NCBI GenBank assembly: GCA_963753435.1
Contig: CAVWCF010000001.1
Span: 1,184,001-1,248,000 of the forward strand
Length of the DNA: 64,000 nucleotides
Reading direction: 5' to 3'
Source: an uncultured Actinomycetota bacterium
GTDB taxonomy: Bacteria; Actinomycetota; Actinomycetes; CAVWCF01
The stretch's first letter is position 1; each line of letters begins with the position of its first letter. Shown one piece after another: positions 19,824 through 29,963 of this stretch. The notes below the pieces were generated by a model that saw nothing but the letters and a program-made list of their open reading frames with translations, was not told the origin of the DNA and did no database searches. The position numbers were made by a program, and so were the translations under genes.

Positions 19824-20814
19824 ATGTCCAGCACGCCACCCACATCCGTTCCGGTCGAAGCCGATGTGCCGATCGACGAGTCGGATGCGGCGCTGGCAAG
19901 CGGAGAGGCGCAAGACGCGCCCGCACCTGAGGAAGCCCCGACCCCGCCACCGATGACGCCGTGGGCGGCCGACGCCCCCGCGGTGCTCGCCGGTAAGGCC
20001 GCCGCCGCGGCTGCAGAGGTGGCGCAGGCGCTACGCACCGAGCCGGACCCGACGGCCGCGGCCTTCTTCGACATCGACAACACGCTGGTGCGCGGCGCGG
20101 CCATGTTCCACCTGGCGCGCGGCCTGGCCCGGCGCGGCTTCTTCAGCGCCGCCCAGGTGAACCGGTTCCTACGCGACCAACTGGCGTTCCGCGCCCGCGG
20201 GGAGAACCTGGAAACGATGGGCGACATCACCGAGGTGGCGCTGTCGTTCGTGGCGGACCGGACCGTGGACGAGATCGTCCATGTGGGCCGGGAGATCTTT
20301 GATGAACGCATCGCCGGCAAGTTGTACGGCGGGGCGTTGACCTTGGCGCGTCAGCACGTCGACTCCGGGCAGCGGGTGTGGCTGGTGTCGGCCGCACCGA
20401 TGGAACTGGCCTCGATCATCTCCCAGCGACTGGGGCTGACCGGCGCGCTGGGCACCGTTTCTGAGACCGAACGCGGCCGCTACACCGGCAAGCTCGTGGG
20501 ATCGCCGTTGCATGGAGCCGCCAAAGCCGAAGCGGTGCGCGCGCTGGCCGCACGCGAAGGTTTGGACCTGAGCCGTTGCACCGCCTACTCCGACTCGGTC
20601 AACGACGTACCGATGCTGTCCTTGGTCGGCAACCCGGTGGCGGTCAACCCCGACCGGGCCCTGCGGCAGGCACGCCAACGACCTCGGCTGGGCCATCTAC
20701 GACTTCCGCACCGGTCGCCGCGTGGCGATGGTGGGACTGCCCGTTGCGGGTGCTGCGCTACTCCTGGGCGCAGTGGCAGGGGCCGCCATCGTTTGGGACC
20801 GACGCCGCCGCTAA
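19824..20814 (+). CDS. HAD-IB family hydrolase (SerB1-like) with C-terminal TM (frameshift near 20670)
   Basis: FFDIDNTL, AYSDSVND, AVNPD; the shifted frame gives GWAIYDFRTGRR plus a hydrophobic tail to TAA 20814. Confidence 0.88.
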
Positions 20815-20829
20815 CCGCACTCGGCAGGT

Positions 20830-21837
20830 CTAGAAGAAGACGCTGCGGCGCTGCATCAGCAGTCGGTACAAGGACTGCTGGATCGTCTCGCGGACCCGGT
20901 CGGTCAGGTCGAACACGAACATCGGGTCCTCAGCCGCCTCGGGGCCGAACTCCGTGGTGTCGATCGGCTCACCGAACTCGATGATCCACTTGCTCGGCAG
21001 CGGGATCATCCCGAGCGGCCCCAGCCACGGGAACGTCGGCGTCAGCGGGAAGTACGGCAGCCCCAGCACGCGTGCGATCGTCTTGGCGTTGCCCAGCATC
21101 GGGTACGTCTCCTCCGCACCCACGATGGCCGCCGGCACGATCGGAACCTGCGCCTTCAACGCCGCCCCGACGAAGCCGCCGCGGCCGAACCGCTGCAACT
21201 TGTACCGCTCCGAGTACGGCTTGCCGACGCCCTTGAACCCCTCCGGCCAAACCCCGACGACCTCGCCGGAATCAAGCAACCGTTCGACGTCCTCGCTGCA
21301 AGCCAACGTGTGCCCGGCCTTGCGAGCCAACTCGCCCAACCACGGCATGGCGAACACCAGATCCGCGCCGAGCATGCGCAAGTTGCGTCCGGCCGGATGG
21401 TGGTCGTGAATCGCCACCTGCGTCATCACCGAGTCCACCGCGATGGTGCCGGAGTGGTTGGCCACAACCAGCGCGCCGCCGGTGTCCGGGATGTTGTCCA
21501 GTCCGTGCGCGTCCACCCGGAACCACTTGTCGTACAGCGGTCGGACCATGTTCAGCAGCACCCGGTCGGTCAACTCCGGCTCGAACCCGAAGTCGTCGAC
21601 CACGTAGTCCCCGGTCATCCGCCGCCGCACGAAGGCCAGGGTCTCGGCAACCCGGCGGTCCCAGTCGGAGCGATCCGGAGCGGGCTCCGCAGCCGGCTCG
21701 GCGTTGGCGCTGTCGGCCGGGTCGGCGAGGTCGCGAACCGCATCCGGCACGTCGTCGAAGGCCACGGGCTGCGGCCGACGGGCCCGGCGTCGGGGACCGT
21801 CCTCGCCGTCGATCGGAATGACCTTTGCCTCAGCCAT
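20830..21837 (-). CDS. Lysophospholipid acyltransferase family protein
   Basis: VANHSGTIAVD, VWPEGFKG, RFGRGGF. Confidence 0.92.
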   Translation of the reverse strand: MAEAKVIPIDGEDGPRRRARRPQPVAFDDVPDAVRDLADPADSANAEPAAEPAPDRSDWDRRVAETLAFVRRRMTGDYVVDDFGFEPELTDRVLLNMVRPLYDKWFRVDAHGLDNIPDTGGALVVANHSGTIAVDSVMTQVAIHDHHPAGRNLRMLGADLVFAMPWLGELARKAGHTLACSEDVERLLDSGEVVGVWPEGFKGVGKPYSERYKLQRFGRGGFVGAALKAQVPIVPAAIVGAEETYPMLGNAKTIARVLGLPYFPLTPTFPWLGPLGMIPLPSKWIIEFGEPIDTTEFGPEAAEDPMFVFDLTDRVRETIQQSLYRLLMQRRSVFF

Positions 21838-22855
21838 CCGCACCGCCCGTCAACGTGTCCACCAACTTCTCCTCCACCGACCGTACGGCGTCGTGCGGGA
21901 TAAGTGGAGTCACCTGGGCGGCCAGGTAGTCATCAAACGCTGCAATGGTCGAGTAGGCAGGTTGCCAGCCCACGTCAACGGCCAACCGCTCGGTGTCGAC
22001 GACCCGGCCGTAGCGGAGCAGTTGCACCTGGTCGGGGCTGAAGTCCACCAGTCCGGCGCGGCGCACCCAGCGACCCGTGCTGGACATCAGCGGCGCCGGC
22101 AGCGGCAGGAACGGCTTGCCGGCCCGCGCGATCGCCTGACCCAGTGTGACGATGCCGGACCCGGCGGCATTGAACGTGCCGGTGTGCGACTCCAGGGTCA
22201 TCGACTTGAGCAGCTCCAAACAGTCGTCCTCGTGGATGAACTGCAGGCGCGGGTCGTAGCCCATGACCGTCGGGATCACCGGCAGCCGGAAGTAGGAAGT
22301 GAATGCGGTGGTGATGCCCGGCCCGACCACGTTGGCGAAGCGCAGTTGCACCACGCCGACGTCGGGTCGGCGACGCGCGAACCCGCGTACGTAGCTTTCG
22401 ACCTCCACGCTGTCCTTGCCGTAGCCGGACCGCGGCAGCGATTTGGGGTCCATGGCTTCGGTGAACATGCCCGGGTCCTTGGGACCGGAGCCGTAGACAG
22501 CCGTGGAGGACTTGACCACCAGCCGCTTGACCGACCCGGCGCGCTGGCAGGCGGCCAACAACTGCATCGTCCCGATGACGTTGATTTCCTTCATCGACGC
22601 CCGGCCGCCGACCGAAACCGGCGTGGCGATCACGTTCATGTGAACGACGGTGTCGACCTCCGCGGCGGCGATGACCTTGGAGATGATCGGGTTACGGATG
22701 TCGGCACGGACGAACTCGACGTCGCCGAGGTCTTCGTCAGGTGAAACGACATCGACGCCGACGACGCGGTCCACGTCGGGGGCGTCCAGAAGCATCCGGG
22801 CCAGGCGTCCGCCCAGGTAGCGGGCTACCCCGGTGACCAGAACTACCCGGCCCAT
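21830..22855 (-). CDS. NAD-dependent epimerase/dehydratase
   Basis: VLVTGVARYLG, KEINVIGTMQLLAAC, YDPRLQF; conserved neighbour of bS22. Confidence 0.9.
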   Translation of the reverse strand: MGRVVLVTGVARYLGGRLARMLLDAPDVDRVVGVDVVSPDEDLGDVEFVRADIRNPIISKVIAAAEVDTVVHMNVIATPVSVGGRASMKEINVIGTMQLLAACQRAGSVKRLVVKSSTAVYGSGPKDPGMFTEAMDPKSLPRSGYGKDSVEVESYVRGFARRRPDVGVVQLRFANVVGPGITTAFTSYFRLPVIPTVMGYDPRLQFIHEDDCLELLKSMTLESHTGTFNAAGSGIVTLGQAIARAGKPFLPLPAPLMSSTGRWVRRAGLVDFSPDQVQLLRYGRVVDTERLAVDVGWQPAYSTIAAFDDYLAAQVTPLIPHDAVRSVEEKLVDTLTGGADG

Positions 22856-22858
22856 GGA

Positions 22859-22957
22859 TTACTTCTTGTTGCGCCGCTGGTGACGGGTCTTGCGCAGCAG
22901 CTTGCGGTGCTTCTTCTTCGCCATCCGCTTGCGCCGCTTCTTGATGACCGAGCCCAC
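22859..22957 (-). CDS. 30S ribosomal protein bS22 (AURKAIP1/COX24-domain small basic protein)
   Basis: Below the ORF-track cutoff; manual translation gives MGSVIKKRRKRMAKKKHRKLLRKTRHQRRNKK*. Confidence 0.95.
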   Translation of the reverse strand: MGSVIKKRRKRMAKKKHRKLLRKTRHQRRNKK

Positions 22958-23038
22958 GCCGGTGCCTTCCGATCGAGATCTGAGTTGTTCAGCCTACCCG
23001 CGCCCAAGCGCTGGGTTTCACCGCGAGCCCGCGGCCAC

Positions 23039-23086
23039 AATGCGGCATTGCGGCGACCTATTGGCCACAAAGCCGCATTCAAGGCG
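23039..23086. repeat. Dispersed palindromic repeat, family A copy 2
   Basis: AATGCGGCATTGCGGCGACCTATTGGCCACAAAGCCGCATTCAAGGCG shares arms and loop with 38834-38882. Confidence 0.75.
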
Positions 23087-23097
23087 TGCAGCCAGGT

Positions 23098-23298
23098 TCA
23101 GCCGGCCTCGTAGAACGAGTTGCGCAGGTACTCGGTGACCGCGTCCTGCGGCACGCGGAACGACCGGCCCACGCGTACGGCGGGCAGCGTCCCGGCATGC
23201 ACCAGCCGATAGACGGTCATTTTGGATACCCGCATGGCCTCGGCCACTTCGGCGACGGTCAGGAACTTCACGTCCCCCAACCCAGGTCCAGACGCCAT
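23098..23298 (-). CDS. Excisionase-family (HTH_17) small DNA-binding protein
   Basis: FLTVAEVAEAMRVSKMTVYRLVHAGTLPAVRVGRSFRVP; GGAGG RBS; conserved neighbour of bS22. Confidence 0.92.
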   Translation of the reverse strand: MASGPGLGDVKFLTVAEVAEAMRVSKMTVYRLVHAGTLPAVRVGRSFRVPQDAVTEYLRNSFYEAG

Positions 23299-23447
23299 GG
23301 CACACCTCCGGTCCCAGGCTTCCGCTCGGCTTCCCCGCCGACGGTTCCCGGGACAATCGGTGTGATCGTAGTTACCACCGTGACGCGTGGGTAGTGGAAT
23401 TCCGGAATCTGCACCTGGCCACCACCCGTTCGGGCTAGTCAGGTGCC

Positions 23448-24620
23448 CTACCCAGGCTCCAGGCCGAAGTGGCCGAACACCGCCCGTTGGGTCTCCAGAA
23501 TGGCCGCGTCCACGGGGTCGGCCGGGTCGAACCCGTCCACGAAACGACGAAACGTCGGCGTCACCCCGTCGGTCATCCGCCCGGGCGCCTGCCGGCCCAG
23601 CCGCTCGGCCACGTACTCCCGCCAGCCCGCCGGGATGGCCGTCGTCGGCTCCACCGGGTGACCGGATGCGATCCCGACCAGGTGCGCCCAGGCCCGCGGC
23701 ACCACCTGCACCCACTCGTACCCGCCGCCGCCGGTGGCCACCCAGCGTCCGTCGCAGACCTCGTGGGCCAGGGAATGCAATGCCTGCATGGCCGCACGCT
23801 GCCCGTCGATGGACAGCGCCAGGTGGGCCAGTGGGTCCTGCGCGTGGGAGTCGACACCGTGCTGGCTGACCAACAACTGCGGCTTGAAGGCACGCAGTAG
23901 CGGCGGAACGATCGCGTCGAACGCGCGCAGCCACCGCGCGTCGTCGGTTCCGGCCGGTAGCGCCACGTTGGCAGCGCTGCCGCCGCCGGCCGCCCTCCCG
24001 GTCTCGCTCGGGTAGCCGGTGCCGGGGAACAGCGACTCCGGCGACTCGTGCAACGAGATGGTCAGCACCCGGGGGTCGTCGGCGAACACCTCCTGCACGC
24101 CGTCGCCGTGATGAACGTCCACGTCCACGTAGGCGACGCGTTCGGCGCCGTGGTCCAGCGCCCACTGGATGCCGACGGCGAGGTCGTTGTACAGGCAGAA
24201 GCCGGACGCCGATCCGGGCATGGAGTGGTGCAAACCGCCGGCCAGGTTGACCCCATGCAGTACTTCCCCGGACCACACCCCCTGCACCGCGGCCAGCGTC
24301 GCGCCAACCACGCGGACGGCCGCGTCGTGCATGCCGTCGAACGCCGGATTGTCCGGCGTGCCAAGGCCGTGCTCCAGGTCCTGCGTTGCGCCCGTGGCCG
24401 CCTTCATCGCGTCGATGAAGTGCTGCTCGTGGACGGCGGCCAGCACCTCGGGCGCGACGTCCACCGGCAGCACCGTCCGGATGCGGTCGGGCTCCAGCAG
24501 TCCCAGGTCGCGGGCCAGCAGCATCGCCAACTCAACGCGGATCGGGGCCAACGGGTGCCCGGGCCCGAAGTCGTACGCGCGCAGGCGGTCATCCCAGACG
24601 AACAACGCCGGACCGCTCAT
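23448..24620 (-). CDS. acuC: AcuC / histone-deacetylase-family protein deacetylase
   Basis: GGLHHS, GFCLYND, DVDVHHGDG, SLHES, GGGGY. Confidence 0.92.
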   Translation of the reverse strand: MSGPALFVWDDRLRAYDFGPGHPLAPIRVELAMLLARDLGLLEPDRIRTVLPVDVAPEVLAAVHEQHFIDAMKAATGATQDLEHGLGTPDNPAFDGMHDAAVRVVGATLAAVQGVWSGEVLHGVNLAGGLHHSMPGSASGFCLYNDLAVGIQWALDHGAERVAYVDVDVHHGDGVQEVFADDPRVLTISLHESPESLFPGTGYPSETGRAAGGGSAANVALPAGTDDARWLRAFDAIVPPLLRAFKPQLLVSQHGVDSHAQDPLAHLALSIDGQRAAMQALHSLAHEVCDGRWVATGGGGYEWVQVVPRAWAHLVGIASGHPVEPTTAIPAGWREYVAERLGRQAPGRMTDGVTPTFRRFVDGFDPADPVDAAILETQRAVFGHFGLEPG

Positions 24621-24696
24621 ACCGCGACGCTATCCGCTGCGTGGACGCGCTGCTCGGGAGTGGTCGGCGAGCGCGCGCCGACCCGACTGCGAGTTG

Positions 24697-25881
24697 TCAC
24701 TCCATCCGCAACGCGACGACCGGATCGAGCCGACCGGCTCTGCGGGCCGGGAAGACACCGAAGAAGACCCCGACCCCGGCGGACACCCCGAAGGCCAGCA
24801 GCACTGACCACCAAGTGACCGCGGCCGGCAACGGGGATACCGCCGCGATCAGCAACGCGCCCCCGACGCCGATGGCGATGCCGAGCGCGCCGCCGATCGT
24901 GGTCAGCAGCACCGCTTCGGTCAGGAACTGCGTGAGGATGTCCCGTTGCCGCGCGCCCAGGGCCTTGCGCAGGCCGATCTCCCGGGTTCGTTCGCGCACG
25001 CTGACCAACATGATGTTGGAGACACCGACACCACCGACCAGCAGCGAGATGGCCGCGATCGCGGCCAGCACCAGCGTCAGCAACCCGAGGATGGTGCCGA
25101 GCGTGCCCAGGATCTGCGTCTGCGTTACCGCGGAGAACTCATCCCCCGGGTACTTGTCCTGCAACGCCTCAACGATCTCTTCCTGCAGCGGCTCCACCGA
25201 TGCCACCGTGGGCGCCTTGACGGCGAGGGCGTCGACGCGGTCCACGCCGAACAGTCGCTGTGCCGCGGTGACCGGCACATGCACTTCTTCGTCGCGGCTG
25301 ACGCCGAACGTGGAGCCCACTTCGGCGAACACTCCGATGACCCGGAACCGGACGCCGGCCACCTGCACCTGCCGACCCAGCGGGTCCAACTCGCCGAACA
25401 GGGTGTCCGCCAGCCCACTGCCGAGCACGGCGACGCGGCGCCTGGTGTCAACGTCGGAACCGCTGATGTAGCGGCCGCGGTCAAGTGGGCGGTCGAAGAC
25501 GTTGGGGACGTTCTCGTTGGTGCCGTTGATGGTGACGAACAGGCTCTGGTTGCCGACCCGCACCTCTTCGCCGCTGGACACCGTGGTCGCCACCGCGGCC
25601 TCGTTGCCGAGCACCCGGCCGATGTACGCCACGTCCTCGTACTGCAGGCGACTGACGCTGGGGGCGGCGCCGAACTCGAACGTCCCGGGCACCACGAGGA
25701 TCAGGTTGGAGCCCAGGCCCTGAACCTGCTTCTCCACCTCGGCCTTGGCGCCGTTGCCGATGGCGACCAGGAGCACGACCGCGGCGACTCCGATGATGAC
25801 GCCGAGCATCGTCAGCAGGCTGCGCAGCCGGTTGGCACGCAGGGCGTCGACGGCGACGCGGAAGGACTCCGACCCGCTCAC
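24697..25881 (-). CDS. MacB/FtsX-like ABC transporter permease
   Basis: RSLLTMLGVIIGV, GVSNIMLVSVRERTREIGLRKALGA. Confidence 0.93.
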   Translation of the reverse strand: MSGSESFRVAVDALRANRLRSLLTMLGVIIGVAAVVLLVAIGNGAKAEVEKQVQGLGSNLILVVPGTFEFGAAPSVSRLQYEDVAYIGRVLGNEAAVATTVSSGEEVRVGNQSLFVTINGTNENVPNVFDRPLDRGRYISGSDVDTRRRVAVLGSGLADTLFGELDPLGRQVQVAGVRFRVIGVFAEVGSTFGVSRDEEVHVPVTAAQRLFGVDRVDALAVKAPTVASVEPLQEEIVEALQDKYPGDEFSAVTQTQILGTLGTILGLLTLVLAAIAAISLLVGGVGVSNIMLVSVRERTREIGLRKALGARQRDILTQFLTEAVLLTTIGGALGIAIGVGGALLIAAVSPLPAAVTWWSVLLAFGVSAGVGVFFGVFPARRAGRLDPVVALRME

Positions 25882-25906
25882 GCCGCACCACCGGCGCGCC
25901 GATTCC

Positions 25907-26635
25907 TCATGCTGCGGAGTCCTCGACGATCAGGCCGTCGCGCACGGTGATCTGACGACGGGCGTGGGCGGCGATCTCCAGTTCGTGGGTCACCAGGGCG
26001 ACGGCGACGCCGCGGTCGTCGTTGAGCCGCTGCAGGATCTCCATCACCTCAGCACCGCTGCGGGTGTCCAGGTTCCCGGTCGGCTCATCGGCCAGCAACA
26101 ACTCCGGTTCACCGACGAGGGCGCGCGCGATGGCCACCCGCTGCTGCTCGCCGCCGGACAGTTGTGCGGGCCGGTGATCGAGCCGGTGCCCCAGCCCGAC
26201 CGCCGTCAACGCCTCCTGGGCACGCTCGCGGCGCTCCGCCTTGGGAACGCCGCGGTAAATCAGCGGCAACTGCACGTTGTCCAAGGCGCTGGTGCGCGCC
26301 AGCAGTTGGAACGACTGGAAGACGAAGCCGATGGTTTGGTTGCGCAACTGCGCGAGCTCGGAGTCGGACAACTCTGAGATCTCCCGACCGTCGATCCGCA
26401 GCGATCCCGACGTCGGTCGATCCAGGCAACCGAGCAGGTGCATCAACGTCGACTTGCCGGAACCGGACGGACCGACGATCGCCAGGAACTCACCGGGATG
26501 AATCCGCAATGAGACACCGCGCAGGGCCGGAACGGTCAGGCCCTCCATCGGGTATTCGCGGGTGACGTCGATGGCTTCGACGATGGGGGCTTCGACGATG
26601 CGCTCTGCTTCTGGCTCGTCCGGCTCGGCGGTCAC
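25907..26635 (-). CDS. ABC transporter ATP-binding protein (MacB/LolD type)
   Basis: GPSGSGKST, LSGGEQQR, LADEPTGNLD. Confidence 0.95.
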   Translation of the reverse strand: MTAEPDEPEAERIVEAPIVEAIDVTREYPMEGLTVPALRGVSLRIHPGEFLAIVGPSGSGKSTLMHLLGCLDRPTSGSLRIDGREISELSDSELAQLRNQTIGFVFQSFQLLARTSALDNVQLPLIYRGVPKAERRERAQEALTAVGLGHRLDHRPAQLSGGEQQRVAIARALVGEPELLLADEPTGNLDTRSGAEVMEILQRLNDDRGVAVALVTHELEIAAHARRQITVRDGLIVEDSAA

Positions 26636-27978
26636 TGCTCTGTGGCCGTCTCACCCTCGACGACCGTCTGGCCCTCGACGACGCGGTCCGCGCCGGAGAC
26701 GACGATGCGCTGACCCTCCTTGAGCCCGTCGAGGATCTCCACGGAGTCCGCCCCCTGCGCGCCCACCCGAACCGGTGCCCGTTCCGCCCGCCCGGAGGCG
26801 TCGACCGCCCAAACCGCGTCCGTGCCCTCGTCGCGGAACACCGCGGTCGCAGGGACTGCCAGCACATCCTCAGCGTTGCGAACCTGAAGCCGCGCCACCG
26901 CGGACATCCCGGCGCGCGGCGCCGGTGCCGGGTCCCCGAACTCGTCCGTGCCGCCGCCGAGCGTGAGCCGCACGCCATAGGACACCGCGCCCGCGCCGGC
27001 GCCCGTCGGCGTCGGATCGACCGAGGCGACCTCGCCGGTGTAGCGGGCACCGGGCACCGCGTCCAGTTCGATCTCGGCCGTAACGCCGGGGGTGACCAGG
27101 AAGACGTCGGTCTCATCCACCTGCGCGGCAAGGGTGAGCACCGCGGCATCGACGATGGACGCCACCACGTCCCCGGACTGCACCGGGCTGCCCACGCTCA
27201 ACGTTCCGGTGGTGCTTGCGCCGCCACCGCCGCCACCGAAGAGGCTGGCTACCCCACCGAGCGATGACGGCAACTGGTCGGCCAGATCCGATGACCCGGA
27301 CCCGCCGGCACCACCAAGGGTGACTACGCCGGCGATCGGGGCCACGACCGTCAGCGCATCCACCGTGGACTGCGCCGCCGCGACCGCGGCCTTGGTCTGC
27401 ACGCGCTGCGCGCCCGCCAACGCAGACGCCGTGTCGCCGAGTGCGGACAGCCCCCGCTCCAACTGGGCGGCGGCCTGCTGGCCCTGGGCCCGGGCGGCGG
27501 CGTACTGCGCCTCCGCGGCGGCGATTCGCGCCAGCGCCTCCTGCTTGATGGTCTCGTCCGGGATCTGCTCGGCCGCCTCGCGCGCGGCGGCGAATGCGGC
27601 CTCAGCCGCGTCGTCGGCCTGCGCGCCGAAGCCGCCGAGGTCCAGGTCCACCTCCGGGCTGCGGGCTGCCTGCGCGGCCTGCCGGTCGGCCTCCCTGGCC
27701 TGTTGCAGCGCCTGTTCGGCGCCCGGGGATTTGATGCGCAGCAGTTCCTGTCCCGCCCGCACCGTGGCGCCATCGGCGACCGAAAGCGAAGCCACCGAGC
27801 CGTCGGCGGCCGCGGTCAGGGAAGCGCTGGCGCGAGCCGTGACCGTGGCCGGCGCCTCGACCACCTCAACGACGGTGTCCCGGCCCACCTCGCCGACGAC
27901 GATGCCGTCATCGGTGCCGGAACTGCACGCGCCAAGCAGCAGCGCCGCACCGGCGACCGCGAGCAGGCGTGCTTTCAC
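26632..27978 (-). CDS. MacA/HlyD-like efflux adaptor subunit, lipoprotein
   Basis: Lipobox LGAC, Ala/Gln-rich coiled coil, APIAGVV, VDETDV, GMSA; in an operon with the ABC genes. Confidence 0.85.
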   Translation of the reverse strand: MKARLLAVAGAALLLGACSSGTDDGIVVGEVGRDTVVEVVEAPATVTARASASLTAAADGSVASLSVADGATVRAGQELLRIKSPGAEQALQQAREADRQAAQAARSPEVDLDLGGFGAQADDAAEAAFAAAREAAEQIPDETIKQEALARIAAAEAQYAAARAQGQQAAAQLERGLSALGDTASALAGAQRVQTKAAVAAAQSTVDALTVVAPIAGVVTLGGAGGSGSSDLADQLPSSLGGVASLFGGGGGGASTTGTLSVGSPVQSGDVVASIVDAAVLTLAAQVDETDVFLVTPGVTAEIELDAVPGARYTGEVASVDPTPTGAGAGAVSYGVRLTLGGGTDEFGDPAPAPRAGMSAVARLQVRNAEDVLAVPATAVFRDEGTDAVWAVDASGRAERAPVRVGAQGADSVEILDGLKEGQRIVVSGADRVVEGQTVVEGETATEQ

Positions 27979-28030
27979 GTATTCATCGTAAGTTCACGCA
28001 ACGACCCCGGCAGTACGGCGATATGCGCCG

Positions 28031-28831
28031 TCAGCTGCCCGTTGCCAGTTCGTGGCTGCGGTTGCGGGCCGCCTCCATCGCCGAAAGGAACGCGGCGCGC
28101 ACCTTGTGGTCGTCCAGGACCCGAAGTGCCGCCACGGTCGTGCCGGCCGGTGAGGACACGTTCTCCCGCAGCACCGAGGGGTGTTCGCCGGTCTCCTTGA
28201 GCATCTTCGCGCTGCCCACCAGCGTCTGGATCGCCAGTTCGCTGGAGACCGCCCGCGGCAGCCCGAGGAGGACGCCGGCCTCGATCATCGCCTCGATGAC
28301 GTAGAAGACGTAGGCGGGGCCGGACCCGGAGATCGCGGTGACCGCGTCCTGGTACTTCTCCTGCACCCGGACGACGTGGCCGACGCTGCGCATCAGCTTC
28401 TCCGCCTGCTCCAGGTGCTCGTCGTCGCAGTGCGCACCTGCGGAGATCGCCGACATCCCCTCGTCGACCAGGGCCGGGGTGTTCGGCATGACCCGCACCA
28501 CCGGCACTCCGGCCGGGGTGCGGCTTTCCAGGGTCTCCGTCGTGATGCCCGCCGCCAGGGAGATGACCAGCGACTCGTGGGAGACGTGCGGCGAGATCTC
28601 AGCGAGTAACCCGTCCATGTCCTGCGGCTTGACCACGAGGATCAGCGTGTCGGCCGCCTCGGCGGCAGCGGAGTTGTCGAGGACGGCGACGCCGTAGGTC
28701 TCGGTCAGTTCAGCGGCGCGCTCGGCACGGCGCTCGGCAACCACGAGCTCGTCGGCGGCGTGTCCAGCGCGAAGCAGCCCCGACAGGATGGCTTCGCCCA
28801 TCACCCCGCCACCGAATACTGCGATCGTCAT
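28031..28831 (-). CDS. proC: Pyrroline-5-carboxylate reductase
   Basis: GGGVMGEA, VRVMPNTPA, SGSGPAY, SPAGTT. Confidence 0.96.
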   Translation of the reverse strand: MTIAVFGGGVMGEAILSGLLRAGHAADELVVAERRAERAAELTETYGVAVLDNSAAAEAADTLILVVKPQDMDGLLAEISPHVSHESLVISLAAGITTETLESRTPAGVPVVRVMPNTPALVDEGMSAISAGAHCDDEHLEQAEKLMRSVGHVVRVQEKYQDAVTAISGSGPAYVFYVIEAMIEAGVLLGLPRAVSSELAIQTLVGSAKMLKETGEHPSVLRENVSSPAGTTVAALRVLDDHKVRAAFLSAMEAARNRSHELATGS

Positions 28832-28883
28832 GCAGTCCCCTCCTCGCCGTACATGCCACTGCGTCGCCGCTGGCCCTGATGAC

Positions 28884-29811
28884 TCAACTACTTGATGCCA
28901 CTGCCCGCAGGAACAACGCCAGGTTCGCGGGTTTCTCAGCCAGGCGCCGGACCAGGTACGCCCACCAGTCTTCACCGTAGGGGACGTAGACCCGCACTCG
29001 CTCCCCCTCGGCGACGAGTCGGCGCTGTTCGTCCGAGCGCACGCCGAAGAGCATCTGGAACTCGTACTCGCCCGGTGCCCGGCCGTGGCGGATGGCCAGG
29101 GCGGCGGCGATGTCGATGAGTCGCGGGTCGTGGGTGGCGATCATCGGGTAGGTGGAACCGCTCAAGAGCAGGTTCAGGCAGCGGACGTAGGCGCGGTCGA
29201 TGTCGCGACGCCGGGTGTACGCGACCGACGCCGGCTCCTCATACGCCCCCTTGCACAGCCGGACCCGAACCCCACGGTCGGACAGATTGCGGCAGTCGCG
29301 TTCGGTCCGGAACAAGGCCGACTGCAGGACCACGCCGGTGTCGGGGAAGTCCGGCCACAGGTCGTTCAAGAGTTCGCAGCGTCGCTTCGGTGGTGGTGTG
29401 GTCTTCCATGTCGACGGTGACGGTGGTCCCCATGCCGGCGGCCTGGGCGCAGATCCGCCGCGCATGCTCGGTGCTGATGGCCGAACCGTCGGGCAAGGCC
29501 TGACCGAGCGCGGAGAGTTTCACCGACACCTCGACGGAGTTGCTCAGACCGGCGCCGGCGATCAGGTCCAGCAGCGACAGGTACGCCTCCGTCGCGGCCT
29601 CGGCCCGGCCGGGGTCGGTGGTGTGCTCACCGAGGTGATCGACGGTTGCGGTCAGCCCGTCGTTGGTGAGTGCGCGCACGGCGACCAGCGCGTCGACGAC
29701 GCTCTCGCCGGCCACGAAGCGCTCAACCACCCCGGCCGTTACCGGGCTGGCCATGACGGCCCGGCGCAGGTCATCGCTGTCCGACATGGCGATCAGGGCG
29801 TGCCGCAGCAT
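28884..29811 (-). CDS. Proline dehydrogenase (frameshift near 29370)
   Basis: RFVAGE, SVKLSALG, VDMED in ORF 29239..29811; RLCKGAY, IATHD, QMLFG, RVYVPYG, RRLAEKP in ORF 28884..29465. Confidence 0.9.
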
Positions 29812-29846
29812 GTCCTCAGGCTAGGCCGCTCCTCTACATCTCGATA

Positions 29847-29908
29847 TGCAACCTGGACGCCCGAACGCATCCGCGGCGGATGCGATTCAGCTGCAGTGTT
29901 GCGGATCG
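29847..29908. repeat. Dispersed palindromic repeat, family B copy 2 (inverted relative to copy 1)
   Basis: TGCAAC...GCATCCGCGGCGGATGCGATTCAGCTGCAGTGTTGCGGATCG; its reverse complement aligns with 11749-11810. Confidence 0.7.
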
Positions 29909-29963
29909 AGTGCGGTGTCCGGCCGGGCGCGGTGTCCGTTCCGACCGGCCGCCGCGACGAGAT

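Noticed and set aside
23098-23298. Excisionase as a sign of a prophage or integrative element
   Set aside because: This HTH gene is a conserved chromosomal neighbour of bS22; no integrase or att site is visible.
23371-23384. GTTAC-CACC-GTGAC palindrome as a BldD-like box
   Set aside because: Spacing differs from TNAC-N5-GTNA and a short palindrome is expected by chance.
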